Positions 20,940 through 30,760 of a stretch of 64,000 nucleotides of DNA are shown here, in pieces (positions within the stretch are counted from its first letter, which is position 1; every line of letters begins with the position of its first letter). The translations under genes and the position numbers were made by a program. The notes under the pieces are model-generated. The model did not search any database. It had not been told where the DNA came from and was given only the letters and a program-made list of their open reading frames with translations. Origin of the DNA: Bacteroidota bacterium (lineage in GTDB: Bacteria > Bacteroidota > Bacteroidia > 2-12-FULL-35-15); contig JAOQAG010000019.1 of NCBI GenBank assembly GCA_025963715.1, positions 15,330 through 79,329 of the forward strand. Direction: 5' to 3'.

Positions 20940-22172
20940 ATGATCAAGCTTGCCCACAATGAATTAATTGTTTTGCTTTTGTCCATCAGCGCCATGCTGA
21001 TCATCTCGCGCATTTTTGCCGAGCTGGGTAAAAAGCTAAAATTACCTGTGGTGATGGGCGAACTGATCGTGGGAATTATTTTAGGTCCGACCGTTTTAGG
21101 AATGCTTTGTCCTGATATTTTTACTTATTTATTTCCACGTACCGGCAATATTCCGATCGCACTCGATGGAATTTTCAGCCTGTCGGTGATCATGCTGTTG
21201 TTTGTTGCGGGAATGGAAGTACAATTGTCGCTGGTGCTGAAACAAGGCAAGGTAGCGGTTTACACCAGTTTGTTCAGCATGGTGATTCCGTTCTTTACCG
21301 GATTTGCTGTAGCTTGGTTTTTTCCCGAAATATTTTCGATCAGCAACGAACCTGCTCCCAAATTATTATTCGCGTTATTTTTCGGAACAGCCTTATCCAT
21401 CTCTGCATTGCCTGTAATTGCAAGGATCCTGATGGATATGAATTTATTCAAAACCAATATCGGGATGGTAATTATTGCTTCCGCGATGTTCAACGACCTG
21501 ATCGGCTGGCTGATCTTTTCCATGGTATTAAGCTTAACAAACGGTGCTGCCGAACATTTAAGCATTTGGTATACGATCGGTTACATCATCGGCTTTGGCC
21601 TGTTCATGCTCACGATCGGGAAGCGCATCATTGATAAAACATTGCCCTGGATGCAAACCAAATTATCGTGGCCGGGCGGCGTGCTTTCCATTTCATTAGG
21701 GATTTGTTTATTGTCGGCGGCGTTTACCGAAGCCATCAACATCCACGCGATCCTGGGTGCATTTATTGCGGGTATTGCGTTTGGCGATAGTGTGCATTTA
21801 CGCGAACAGGCACGCGAGATCATTCACCAGTTTGTGACCAATTTTTTTGCGCCTTTGTTTTTTGTATCGATCGGATTAAAAGTAAACTTTATTGAAAATT
21901 TTGATCCGCTGATCGTTGCCATTGTATTGGTGCTGGCTTATGTTGGAAAAGTGCTGGGCGCTACCATTGGCGCGCGTGTTGGCGGCATGAGCAAAAAACA
22001 TTCCTGGGCAGTTGGATTTGGCATGAATGCACGCGGTGCCATGGAAATTATTTTAGGAACACTGGCATTAAATGCAGGATTGATCTCCAAACCGATCTTT
22101 GTAGCGCTGGTAATCATGGCGCTGGTAACGAGCTTAACGAGCGGGCCGCTGATGAAGAAGTTTATTGATTAA
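20940..22172 (+). CDS. Cation:proton antiporter (CPA2)
   Basis: GELIVGIILGP, SISALPVIARIL, GAFIAG, MNARGAMEI. Confidence 0.92.
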   Translation: MIKLAHNELIVLLLSISAMLIISRIFAELGKKLKLPVVMGELIVGIILGPTVLGMLCPDIFTYLFPRTGNIPIALDGIFSLSVIMLLFVAGMEVQLSLVLKQGKVAVYTSLFSMVIPFFTGFAVAWFFPEIFSISNEPAPKLLFALFFGTALSISALPVIARILMDMNLFKTNIGMVIIASAMFNDLIGWLIFSMVLSLTNGAAEHLSIWYTIGYIIGFGLFMLTIGKRIIDKTLPWMQTKLSWPGGVLSISLGICLLSAAFTEAINIHAILGAFIAGIAFGDSVHLREQAREIIHQFVTNFFAPLFFVSIGLKVNFIENFDPLIVAIVLVLAYVGKVLGATIGARVGGMSKKHSWAVGFGMNARGAMEIILGTLALNAGLISKPIFVALVIMALVTSLTSGPLMKKFID

Positions 22173-22460
22173 GGGAGTTCAAAGTTTAAAGTTCAAAAGT
22201 TTGCTGTGTGGCTCCTGCGGAGCAGACTTTACCACTAAGGCACTAAGAAAACACTAAGAAGGAAAGGAGAAAAAGAGTTTTTGCTGTGGCTCCTTCGGAG
22301 CAGTTTTTTTGCCACGAAGACGCAAAGGCGCAAAAGGATTGCTGATTATTATTTACGAATCATTATAAAGAATATTATAATCATCATAAAGAAACGTCAT
22401 TCCGTGCTTAGCCTGTCCCGAATCTTCGGGAACACGGGATCTCATAAATGTTTGCTCACA
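22173..22460 (+). repeat. Intergenic mosaic of repeat modules
   Basis: AAAGTTC module, two GCTGTG(T)GGCTCC..CGGAGCAG units with CACTAAG or CGCAAA repeats, then a GTCATTCCG..CGGGATCTCAT REP. Confidence 0.78.
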
Positions 22461-22567
22461 TACAATTAGAATTTTTCATTTTTTTAATTCATAATTTTAA
22501 ATTTATAGTTCCTGATTTTTTTTCCTTTTTCATTCATAATTTATAATTCAACATTTATAATTTTTTT

Positions 22568-23149
22568 ATGTTAGGACTTAAGCTGCCAACCGACCCGCGC
22601 TGGGTAAATATTGTAGAAAGTAATATTGATGAAATCTTAACGGATCATGCATGGTGCGAGCAAAAGGCTGCTACCAATGCTTTATCGCTGATCATCAACA
22701 ATCCCAATTATCCGGAACTGGTAACGGCATTACTGGGAATTGTGAAAGAGGAAGTGGCACATTTTGAAATGGTGCACAATTTAATTTTAGCGCGTGGCAA
22801 AACATTAGGCATCGAGCGTCGTGATCATTATGTGAATGAACTGTTCAAATTTATGCAGAAAGGCGGCAGCAGAAAATCGTCGCTGGTGGATCGCTTGCTT
22901 TTTTCAGCTATGATAGAAGCGCGCAGCTGTGAGCGTTTCCGGGTGTTATCAGAAAACATACAGGACGCTGAGCTTGCAAAATTTTACCGCGATCTGATGA
23001 TCTCGGAAGCGGGACATTATACCACCTTTATTGGCTTTGCACGTAAATACGGCGATGATATTGATGTGGATAAACGCTGGAAAGAATGGCTTGAATTTGA
23101 AGCGGCACTGATCGCGAATTACGGCAAAGGCAGTAGCGTGCATGGGTAA
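22568..23149 (+). CDS. miaE: tRNA-(ms2io6A) hydroxylase
   Basis: LTDHAWCEQKAA, EE..HF, LLFSAMIEARSCERF, SEAGHY. Confidence 0.93.
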   Translation: MLGLKLPTDPRWVNIVESNIDEILTDHAWCEQKAATNALSLIINNPNYPELVTALLGIVKEEVAHFEMVHNLILARGKTLGIERRDHYVNELFKFMQKGGSRKSSLVDRLLFSAMIEARSCERFRVLSENIQDAELAKFYRDLMISEAGHYTTFIGFARKYGDDIDVDKRWKEWLEFEAALIANYGKGSSVHG

Positions 23150-23159
23150 CAACCGAATA

Positions 23160-23574
23160 AACATTGTATTTACCCCCGCCCCCATTCACCACAAAAGGCA
23201 CAAAAGAAAACATAAGGCGTAGCGTGAAATGTGCTTGATATTTCCAGGAATTTAGTTGAGAAAAAACGTTTGTGCTTTTTGTTTCTTTTGTGGTAAAACT
23301 CACAATCCTTTGCGAACTCTGCGGTAAAGTACACACAGCAAACTTTGAACTTGCTTTTAATTGGCAGATCCCGGGTCAAGCCCGGGATGACAACACGGAG
23401 TGGAATTGGCTTCCGTTTTTAGTAAACCCAGCATCAGCGCACAGCATACTTTGAACTAAGTACTTGTAGGTGCTAGGCTCTGCCTAGTGACAAGATTTGC
23501 AATGTCACTAGGCAGAGCCTAGCGCCTACGTACACAGCTAACTTTGAACTTTCCAACTTTAAACTTTGAACTCC
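23160..23574 (-). repeat. Intergenic mosaic including a 27-bp-stem hairpin (23466-23529) and a GTCATCCCGGG..CCCGGGATCT REP
   Basis: Three AAAGTT..GCTGTG junctions on the minus strand (near 23335, 23441 and 23533) separating distinct modules. Confidence 0.8.
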
Positions 23575-24564
23575 CTAATCGTCGTGCCCTTTTGCATCTT
23601 TTGGTTTACCTGTTTTCCAAAGTTCCTCTTCAGCGCTTTCTGCTTTTTTTAAAGAATCGGAAACATCTTTGTCGCCAAAACGATCGAGGTTGGGCTTACC
23701 GGCATTTACCCAGGCGGTGTACCACATACTCCCGACAGTAATAATAGCAGCGCGCATCCTGCGTTCCACCATACCGTTCAGCATTTTGTCATAATCTTCG
23801 GTATAGGCTACGGAATATACTTTCATGAGCGTGTTACCGCGATTTTCAAAACTGTATTTTTTATCCTGTGAATATTTTGCATTTAAGATGGCTTCAAATT
23901 TTAAAACGGAATCAACAGCAGCATGACTTGCTTTTACTGTTTCCCAAGCTTTGTTGATGGGCTTATCAATGTATTTTGCTTTGCCTACAAAATAATCGTA
24001 GCCATCGGATTTTAATTCCGGGATCCGCGATTCCCAAAAACCGTGAATCCCTTTTTGATTGGTCATTTGTCCGTTGTAATTTTCGGTAGTATGCAGCGGC
24101 ACATGCGAATCGGCAACGTAATGTCCCAGATCGGCAGAATAATGCAGGATCAGATCCATGTTTCCTTCTTTGAATGCTTCGGTCAGGCGGTACATCATTT
24201 TCTCGATGTGCCATGGAACAATACCGTATGCTTTGAGTGTATCTTCTGAATATTTTTTTACCGCACTTTTCCAGAATTTAGGAACCGAATCAAATGCATA
24301 CGGACCGTAATGATCAATATCGATGTAATGGCGCGGTGCTTCATCGGCATTGGCATACCGGCGTTTATCCGGATCAACGGCATGTTCGGTAATGTATTCG
24401 ATGTGTTTTTTATAAAAGCCGATCATTTCGCCTGGCAATGTAAATACAGCCATGCGATTGATCTTCTGATGGGCGAAAAATCCCCAGGAATACGCCGGTT
24501 CTTTTTGTGGAATTAAAAAGAGTATGGTGCTGATGAGAATAATAATGATACCAATTTTTTTCAT
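23575..24564 (-). CDS. S1/P1 nuclease / Zn-dependent phospholipase C family; start reassigned to MKKIGII
   Basis: WGFFAH, PDKRRY, EAPRHYIDID, HYVADSHVPLH, HGFWES. Confidence 0.88.
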   Translation of the reverse strand: MKKIGIIIILISTILFLIPQKEPAYSWGFFAHQKINRMAVFTLPGEMIGFYKKHIEYITEHAVDPDKRRYANADEAPRHYIDIDHYGPYAFDSVPKFWKSAVKKYSEDTLKAYGIVPWHIEKMMYRLTEAFKEGNMDLILHYSADLGHYVADSHVPLHTTENYNGQMTNQKGIHGFWESRIPELKSDGYDYFVGKAKYIDKPINKAWETVKASHAAVDSVLKFEAILNAKYSQDKKYSFENRGNTLMKVYSVAYTEDYDKMLNGMVERRMRAAIITVGSMWYTAWVNAGKPNLDRFGDKDVSDSLKKAESAEEELWKTGKPKDAKGHDD

Positions 24565-24771
24565 GCTGAGTAAAGATAAGAAATTAAAAGATCGGGGGAA
24601 GAATGAAAAATGGAGACCGCAGGTTTTAAGGAAAAAAGCTGTGATAACAAAAAATGGGAACGCAGATTTATTATGATCCTTATGATCAGGAATGATAAAA
24701 TACAATGTACCGCTTATGGTAAAAATATGATTTGATTGGTTACAAGTTTATCTTTGCAGTATTTAATTAAC

Positions 24772-24872
24772 AGATCCCGGGTCAAGCCCGGGATGACAGA
24801 CAAATGGATGAAAACTCTTACAATTACATACGGCAAACATCTATGGGATCCCGCAACATTGCGGGATGACAG
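24772..24872. repeat. Two GTCAT-type REP hairpins
   Basis: AGATCCCGGGTCAAGCCCGGGATGACA and GGATCCCGCAACATTGCGGGATGACA, matching copies at 23367 and 6429. Confidence 0.8.
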
Positions 24873-25059
24873 CTCTGAAGGGAGTGCTTCTAAAAATCAG
24901 CATTCAGAAAACACAGAAAAGCGAAGCTTCTCTGCGAACTAAAAACAGAAAGCATTCGCATTTACTTTCACATTGTCTTTGCGGCCTCTGCGGTTAAAAA
25001 AACGCTACAAAAAAAGCCTCACATCCCTGTGAAGCTCTTTAAACTCTGTGCCCTCTGTG

Positions 25060-25779
25060 TTAAACCAGTTTTACTAAATATTTCCCTTCCAAAACAGGGA
25101 TCATTTTTGTTTTATCAAGCGACAAACAATATTTTATGTCTTCTTTTAAACCCATTGCCGCAAGGCGTTCGGCGTGAGAAGAATTGTGCAAAAATGTAGC
25201 AGGATGTTGCTGCGCTTTTTCAAACAATGAAGCTACAGCCAGGGCTGCATCACCGGTACGAAATAAATTTGTTTTTAAAAGCCGTTCGGTTACAGCGCCT
25301 GCAAACAAGCTATCCTCCAGGTTAAAGCGGTTTTTCCAACCGGAACAAAGCAGGATCACATTACGGTTTTGCAGCACCAGCCAATTACACAAGGCAGTAA
25401 TATTGGTGAATGCACCGATCACTACCTGGTAAGCGTTGCGTGCTGCTTCAATGGCCTGTGTTCCATTGGTGGTAGAGATCACAATGGTTTGTCCTTTGAT
25501 CTGCTCCGTCATATAACTGTAAGGCGAATTGCCAAAATCAAATCCATCCAGCGCAATGCCGTTTCGTTCGGCACCTACCATAAATCCCTGTTTTTTATAT
25601 TCCTGCGCTTCTTCTACAGTTGCTACCGGGATCATTTTTTCGACACCGTGCTCAAAGGCCGTACACATGGCAGATGTAGCACGTAGAATATCGATGATCA
25701 CCACGATCTGATCTTCTTTGTGATATACCGGGTATAAATACGGTGAAAGGCAAACGTCGACTGTTAATTTTTTTTCCAT
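25060..25779 (-). CDS. comB: 2-phosphosulfolactate phosphatase
   Basis: VIIDILRATSA, GAERNG, DFGNSP, STTNGT, LEDSLFAG. Confidence 0.9.
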   Translation of the reverse strand: MEKKLTVDVCLSPYLYPVYHKEDQIVVIIDILRATSAMCTAFEHGVEKMIPVATVEEAQEYKKQGFMVGAERNGIALDGFDFGNSPYSYMTEQIKGQTIVISTTNGTQAIEAARNAYQVVIGAFTNITALCNWLVLQNRNVILLCSGWKNRFNLEDSLFAGAVTERLLKTNLFRTGDAALAVASLFEKAQQHPATFLHNSSHAERLAAMGLKEDIKYCLSLDKTKMIPVLEGKYLVKLV

Positions 25780-25799
25780 ACGAAGAGGAAATTGTAAGC

Positions 25800-26067
25800 T
25801 CTAAAATTAAAATTCCAATACAGATCGTTATTTGTAAATTTACACACCCCTAACCCCTCTCAAGAGAGGAATTGATCCTGCACATTTTTATAATAGCTTA
25901 AGCAAAATCTGCTTTTATCTGTTTTATCCGCCAAATCCGCGTTCCATTACACAGCACTACACAGCAAAATTAAACTTTTGAACTTTAAACTTTGAACTGT
26001 TTTTACACAGATTCGTAATTTCGTTCCTGTTCCTGCCCGAATCGTTCAGGCGGGCGGTATCCGTACT
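25800..26067 (-). repeat. Intergenic mosaic sharing modules and module order with 6106-6390
   Basis: Reverse complement reads GTACGGATA-CGCCCGCCTGAACG..ACGAATCTGTGT, AAAGTTC..GCTGTGT, ATGGAACGCGGAT.., GCAGGATCAATTCC.CTCTTGAGAGGGGTTAGGGGTGTGT. Confidence 0.85.
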
Positions 26068-27163
26068 ATGCTTTGTAAAATGGGATCTTCACCACTTTCG
26101 CTTTAATTGCTTTATCGCGGATCATGATGTAAATTTCCGAATCTGCTTTTGCTAATGCGGTTGGCACATATCCCATTCCAATGGCTTTATTAAGCGATGG
26201 CGATTGTGTTCCGGAAGTTACTTTCCCAATAATGTTTCCGGCAGCATCCGCTATCGGATAATCGTGGCGGGGAATTCCACGGTCGATCATTTCAAATCCT
26301 ACTAATTTTTTTGAAACGCCTTTTTCTTTTTGTTCCAGCAATGCCGCTTTGTTTGTAAATTCTTTTGTGAATTTGGTGATCCAGCCCAATCCTGCTTCAA
26401 TCGGTGATGTGGTATCGTCAATGTCGTTTCCGTACAAACAGAAACCCATTTCCAGACGCAAGGTATCACGTGCTCCCAAACCAATCGGTTTGATGCCGTA
26501 TTCGGCGCCAGCAGCAAAAATGGCATCCCACATTTTATCCGCCACTTCATTTGCAAAATAAAGCTCAAATCCGCCTGCACCGGTATAGCCTGTATTGGAA
26601 ATAATTACATTGGCTTCGCCGTTGAATGTTCCTCTTTTAAATGTATAATAAGGGATTTCAGAAAGGTTGATGTCTGTTAATTTCTGCAGCGCCAAAATTG
26701 CTTTCGGACCTTGCACGGCCAGCAATGAAACATGGTCGGAGATGTTTTTCATTTCCACACCTTTTGTATTGAATTTACTGATCCAGTTCCAGTCTTTTTC
26801 GATGTTGGAAGCATTTACCACCAGCATGTATTCTTTATCATTCATGCGGTATACCAGCAAATCATCTACAATTCCGCCTTTATCATTCGGCAGGCAGGAA
26901 TATTGGATTTTATCATCGGTAAGCACAGCTGCATCATTGGAAGTAACGCGCTGGATCAGGTCAAGCGCATGCTCGCCTTTTAAGATAAATTCGCCCATGT
27001 GGCTCACATCAAATACACCCATAGCGGTACGCACGGTGTTGTGTTCATCGTTTAATCCGCTGTAAGATACGGGCATGTTATATCCTGCAAAAGGAACCAT
27101 TTTGGCGCCTAATGAAATGTGCTTGTTTTCTAATGCTACGTTTTTTAATTCTGCTGTTTCCAT
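26066..27163 (-). CDS. gcvT: Glycine cleavage system aminomethyltransferase
   Basis: [39 protein letters not shown]. Confidence 0.97.
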   Translation of the reverse strand: METAELKNVALENKHISLGAKMVPFAGYNMPVSYSGLNDEHNTVRTAMGVFDVSHMGEFILKGEHALDLIQRVTSNDAAVLTDDKIQYSCLPNDKGGIVDDLLVYRMNDKEYMLVVNASNIEKDWNWISKFNTKGVEMKNISDHVSLLAVQGPKAILALQKLTDINLSEIPYYTFKRGTFNGEANVIISNTGYTGAGGFELYFANEVADKMWDAIFAAGAEYGIKPIGLGARDTLRLEMGFCLYGNDIDDTTSPIEAGLGWITKFTKEFTNKAALLEQKEKGVSKKLVGFEMIDRGIPRHDYPIADAAGNIIGKVTSGTQSPSLNKAIGMGYVPTALAKADSEIYIMIRDKAIKAKVVKIPFYKA

Positions 27164-27281
27164 GTTTGTTTCCTAAAAGGTTGTTTTAATTGTGAAGATG
27201 TAAATTTAACGAAAGTCCCTGATAAATAAGACAAACTTAAAAAAATTCATACGGATGGAATGTGATTGCTTTTTCAGGCGC

Positions 27282-27417
27282 GTTGGGCGTAGCGTCCCGT
27301 TGCATTCTGTTTAACTGACCTCCAGCCGGATTGCAAAATCAGGAACTAAGTGCATTATTTTTTTGTAAAAAGGCGAGACGCCTGTTAATATGGACGTAGC
27401 GGGACGCTACGCCCAAC
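27282..27417. repeat. REP doublet with 18-bp inverted repeats GTTGGGCGTAGCGTCCCG
   Basis: 27282-27299 and its reverse complement ending at 27417; the right arm contains hairpin CGTAGCG-GGA-CGCTACG. Confidence 0.8.
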
Positions 27418-27449
27418 AAGTTTCAGTTCGCCAATTTAATACTGTTTAG

Positions 27450-27600
27450 TTTCTGCAAACATTTATGAGATCCCGTGTCAGGCACGGGATGACAGTTCTT
27501 TTTTGTGATTCCGATACAAAAATAAAATTCAGCACCACACAACTCACACACAGCAAACTTTAAACTTTTGAACTTTAAACTTTGAACTATTTTTTCGTTA
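27450..27600 (-). repeat. Intergenic mosaic (AAAGTTC module, GCTGTGTG junction, GTCATCCCG REP)
   Basis: AATCACAAAAAAGAACTGTCATCCCG..CGGGATCTCAT shared with the 6410-6460 region. Confidence 0.78.
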
Positions 27601-28687
27601 TTCGTACTTTCAATAATCCGTTGAACGTATCGAGGTAATTGTTTTTTTGCGACTCCATCGAATATTTTTCCAGCACGGTTTTTCTTCCGGCGGCGCCCAT
27701 CTTTTTACGCAGCTCATAGGAATCGATCAGCTGCGAAAGTTTACTGATCCAATCTTCTTCCGAATTGGCAATAAAACCATTAATGCCGTCATCGATGATC
27801 TCGGAATTTACTCCTACGCCCGACATGATGGTGGGTACTTCCACCGCCATGTACGACAAACCTTTTAAGCCACATTTCCCTTTTACCCATTCATCATCCG
27901 GCAAGGGCATAATGCCAATATCAAAGCTTTGCAGCGCGCTTACTTCTGTTTCACTCGTCCATTGAATTCCTTCGATGCCAAGCGCTGCATTTTTATAAGT
28001 AGCATCGCCCATCACTTTAAAATAAATGCGGTTACCGTACTTTTTTTGCAGGACTGTTAAAAACGGAACGGCCTGCTCAAAATGCTTGATGGTAGTAATA
28101 CTTCCGCTCCAGCCGATGCAGATCCTGTCGTTATCGCGGTAAGCGGAAGTGCGCCGGAACGTATCCGTATCAATGGTTGTGGGAATTACTTTTGTATTTT
28201 TATTAAATTGCCTGGCGTAGCTGGCGAGGTAATTATTTCCGGCAAAGATCACGTCTGAAATGGCGATGATCTCCCCCGTTTTCTTTTCGCTTTTCAGCCA
28301 TGCCCATTTTTTGTTTGCTTTGGAAGTGTCGAGCAGCCAAATGGAATCATCGAAATCGAAGATGAACTTTGCACCTGTTTTTGCAAATTGTTTTTCGAAA
28401 TACGCCGAGCCGGTCATGAAGGCTTCGCGCTGCACAAAAATAATATCAAATTGTTTTGCACGATGCACATCGTTCATACGCTTCCGCAGGCTTTTCAGCG
28501 TGATCAAAAATTTCTGAAAAATGTTGCCGGGACGGTAAAAGATCCGGTCGGCATTGGCATCGATGATGTACGACAGCTCGCATTCATAGCCATTTGCCTG
28601 CAGGAACGGAAAATATTGTTCGAACCGGTATCGCTGGCTGGGCGAACGGTTGGGACGGTGTGCTGCTATAAATAGGATCCTGGGCAT
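27587..28687 (-). CDS. Glycosyltransferase family 4
   Basis: IGWSGS, FDIGIMPL, GKCGLKGLSYMA.EVP, IIDDGINGF. Confidence 0.92.
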   Translation of the reverse strand: MPRILFIAAHRPNRSPSQRYRFEQYFPFLQANGYECELSYIIDANADRIFYRPGNIFQKFLITLKSLRKRMNDVHRAKQFDIIFVQREAFMTGSAYFEKQFAKTGAKFIFDFDDSIWLLDTSKANKKWAWLKSEKKTGEIIAISDVIFAGNNYLASYARQFNKNTKVIPTTIDTDTFRRTSAYRDNDRICIGWSGSITTIKHFEQAVPFLTVLQKKYGNRIYFKVMGDATYKNAALGIEGIQWTSETEVSALQSFDIGIMPLPDDEWVKGKCGLKGLSYMAVEVPTIMSGVGVNSEIIDDGINGFIANSEEDWISKLSQLIDSYELRKKMGAAGRKTVLEKYSMESQKNNYLDTFNGLLKVRITKK

Positions 28688-28737
28688 TAAAAATTCTTAA
28701 TATAATTATGTTTTCAGCAGCAATTGCCTTCACACCC

Positions 28738-28797
28738 CCTTCGACAAGCTCAGGGTGACCGCACACAGATTCATTGTCATCCTGAGCTTGTCGAAGG
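28738..28797. repeat. REP pair CCTTCGACAAGCTCAGG(G/A)TGAC
   Basis: 22-bp inverted repeat with 1 mismatch (28738-28759 / 28776-28797), CACACAG in the spacer. Confidence 0.82.
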
Positions 28798-28882
28798 ACG
28801 TAAAGATTCGTGATCCGTATCCGCAAAGATAAAAAGTAAGCGCAAACAGCCATCATTTTTTATATCTTTGAAGCTAAGAGTT

Positions 28883-30760
28883 ATGAAGACACTGGATTTT
28901 TTATTTCAACGCAACATGCCACGCGGGGTGATCTTTTTCATCGATATGGGTATTTGCCTGTTTTCGCTGGTACTGGCTTACCTGGTGCGTTTTAACTTTT
29001 CGATCCCGCAAGTGGAGATCGATGCATTTCCGCTGGTTTTTGCACTGGTGCTGGGGATCCGCGGCATCAGCTTTTATATTTCCAAAACTTACCAGGGAAT
29101 TGTAAAATATACCAGCTCTAAAGATTCGCAGCGCATTTTTGTGGTGATCACGGTTGGTAGCATTTTATATGTGCTCATTAATGTGATCTCTTATAAATTC
29201 ATCAACGGAAAATTCCCGATCCCTTTCTCCATCATCATCATCGATTACATGGCCACGGCATTTTTAATGATCAGCCTGCGGGTGATGTTCAAAGCTTTGT
29301 ATTTAGAACTTACTAATCCTAACAAGGAAAAACGCAGTGTGATCATTTTTGGCGCGGGTGAATCGGGGATCATTACCAAACGTACGCTGGACCGCGATGC
29401 GGGAACAAAATACAAAGTGCTGGGCTTTATTGACGATGATACAAAAAAACAAGGAAAAAAATTAGAAGGCACTACCATTTACAGTATTGATAAGCTGGAT
29501 GAATTGCTGCGCGAGAACGATGTATCGAACATGATCATATCGGTGCAAAACCTTTCTCCGGCACGTAAACAGCAGATCGTGGATATTTGTCTCAACCACG
29601 ATACAAAAGTACTGACGGTGCCACCGGTTACCAACTGGATCAACGGGGAGTTGAGCTTCCGCCAGATCAAAAAAGTGCAGATCGAGGAATTGCTGGAACG
29701 TGACCCGATCCAGCTGGACAAAGAAAATATTAAAAATCAATTAGCCGGAAAAACCATCCTGGTAAGTGGTGCCGCCGGAAGTATTGGCAGCGAGATCGTA
29801 CGCCAGGTGATCCGTTTTAATCCAAAAAAAATAATCCTGCTCGACCAGGCGGAATCGCCTTTGTATGAAATGGAAATGGAATTGCACGATAAATACAAAG
29901 AGCAATCCTATGAAATTGTGATGGGCGATATCCGGAATAAGGAACGGATGGAAAATGTGTTCAGTACTTTTCATCCGCAAATTGTTTTTCATGCAGCAGC
30001 GTACAAGCATGTGCCGATGATGGAAAATAATCCTTCGGAATCCATTTATACAAATGTGCTGGGGACAAAAAATTTAGCGGACCTTTCTATTGCGTATCAT
30101 GTAGAAAAATTTGTGATGGTAAGCACCGATAAGGCCGTAAATCCGACCAATGTAATGGGCGCCAGCAAACGCATTGCGGAGATGTACACCCAATCGCTCA
30201 CGAAAAACACAGCAACAAAATTTATCACTACGCGCTTCGGGAATGTACTGGGTTCCAATGGTTCGGTGATCCCGCGCTTTCGCCAGCAGATTGAAGCAGG
30301 CGGACCGATCACGATCACGCACCCCGACATCACCCGCTTTTTTATGACCATCCCTGAAGCCTGCCAATTGGTGCTGGAAGCCGGAGCAATGGGAAAAGGC
30401 GGCGAGATCTTTTTGTTCGACATGGGCGAATCGGTGAAGATCGTTGATCTTGCAAAAAAAATGATCAAGCTATCAGGATTGGCACTGGATAAAGACATTC
30501 GCATTATTTATACGGGTTTACGCCCGGGTGAAAAATTATACGAGGAATTGCTGGCCGACCAGGAAAATACGGTGCCAACACATCACAAACAGATCATGAT
30601 CGCGAATATAAAAGAGAATGATGCTGCATTTATTAATACCGAAATTACCGGGCTGATTGGGCTTTTTGATAAACAGGACAATACCGCGATCGTAAAAAAA
30701 ATGAAAGAACTGGTGCCGGAATTTAAAAGTAATAACTCGGTGTACGAAGTTTTAGATTAG
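28883..30760 (+). CDS. Polysaccharide biosynthesis NDP-sugar dehydratase (CapD/PglF/WbpM family)
   Basis: 4 N-terminal TM, IEELLER, GAAGSIGSE, FHAAAYKHVP, STDKAV, RFGNVLGSNGSV, GLRPGEKLYEEL; TAnnTTTG at 28863. Confidence 0.95.
   Translation: MKTLDFLFQRNMPRGVIFFIDMGICLFSLVLAYLVRFNFSIPQVEIDAFPLVFALVLGIRGISFYISKTYQGIVKYTSSKDSQRIFVVITVGSILYVLINVISYKFINGKFPIPFSIIIIDYMATAFLMISLRVMFKALYLELTNPNKEKRSVIIFGAGESGIITKRTLDRDAGTKYKVLGFIDDDTKKQGKKLEGTTIYSIDKLDELLRENDVSNMIISVQNLSPARKQQIVDICLNHDTKVLTVPPVTNWINGELSFRQIKKVQIEELLERDPIQLDKENIKNQLAGKTILVSGAAGSIGSEIVRQVIRFNPKKIILLDQAESPLYEMEMELHDKYKEQSYEIVMGDIRNKERMENVFSTFHPQIVFHAAAYKHVPMMENNPSESIYTNVLGTKNLADLSIAYHVEKFVMVSTDKAVNPTNVMGASKRIAEMYTQSLTKNTATKFITTRFGNVLGSNGSVIPRFRQQIEAGGPITITHPDITRFFMTIPEACQLVLEAGAMGKGGEIFLFDMGESVKIVDLAKKMIKLSGLALDKDIRIIYTGLRPGEKLYEELLADQENTVPTHHKQIMIANIKENDAAFINTEITGLIGLFDKQDNTAIVKKMKELVPEFKSNNSVYEVLD

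Noticed and set aside
27164-27450. Glycine riboswitch upstream of gcvT
   Set aside because: No recognisable aptamer motifs; the structure present is a REP doublet
6106-28800. Classical integron with attC cassettes
   Set aside because: No IntI gene and no GTTRRRY/RYYYAAC-bounded attC sites seen; the mosaics are reported separately
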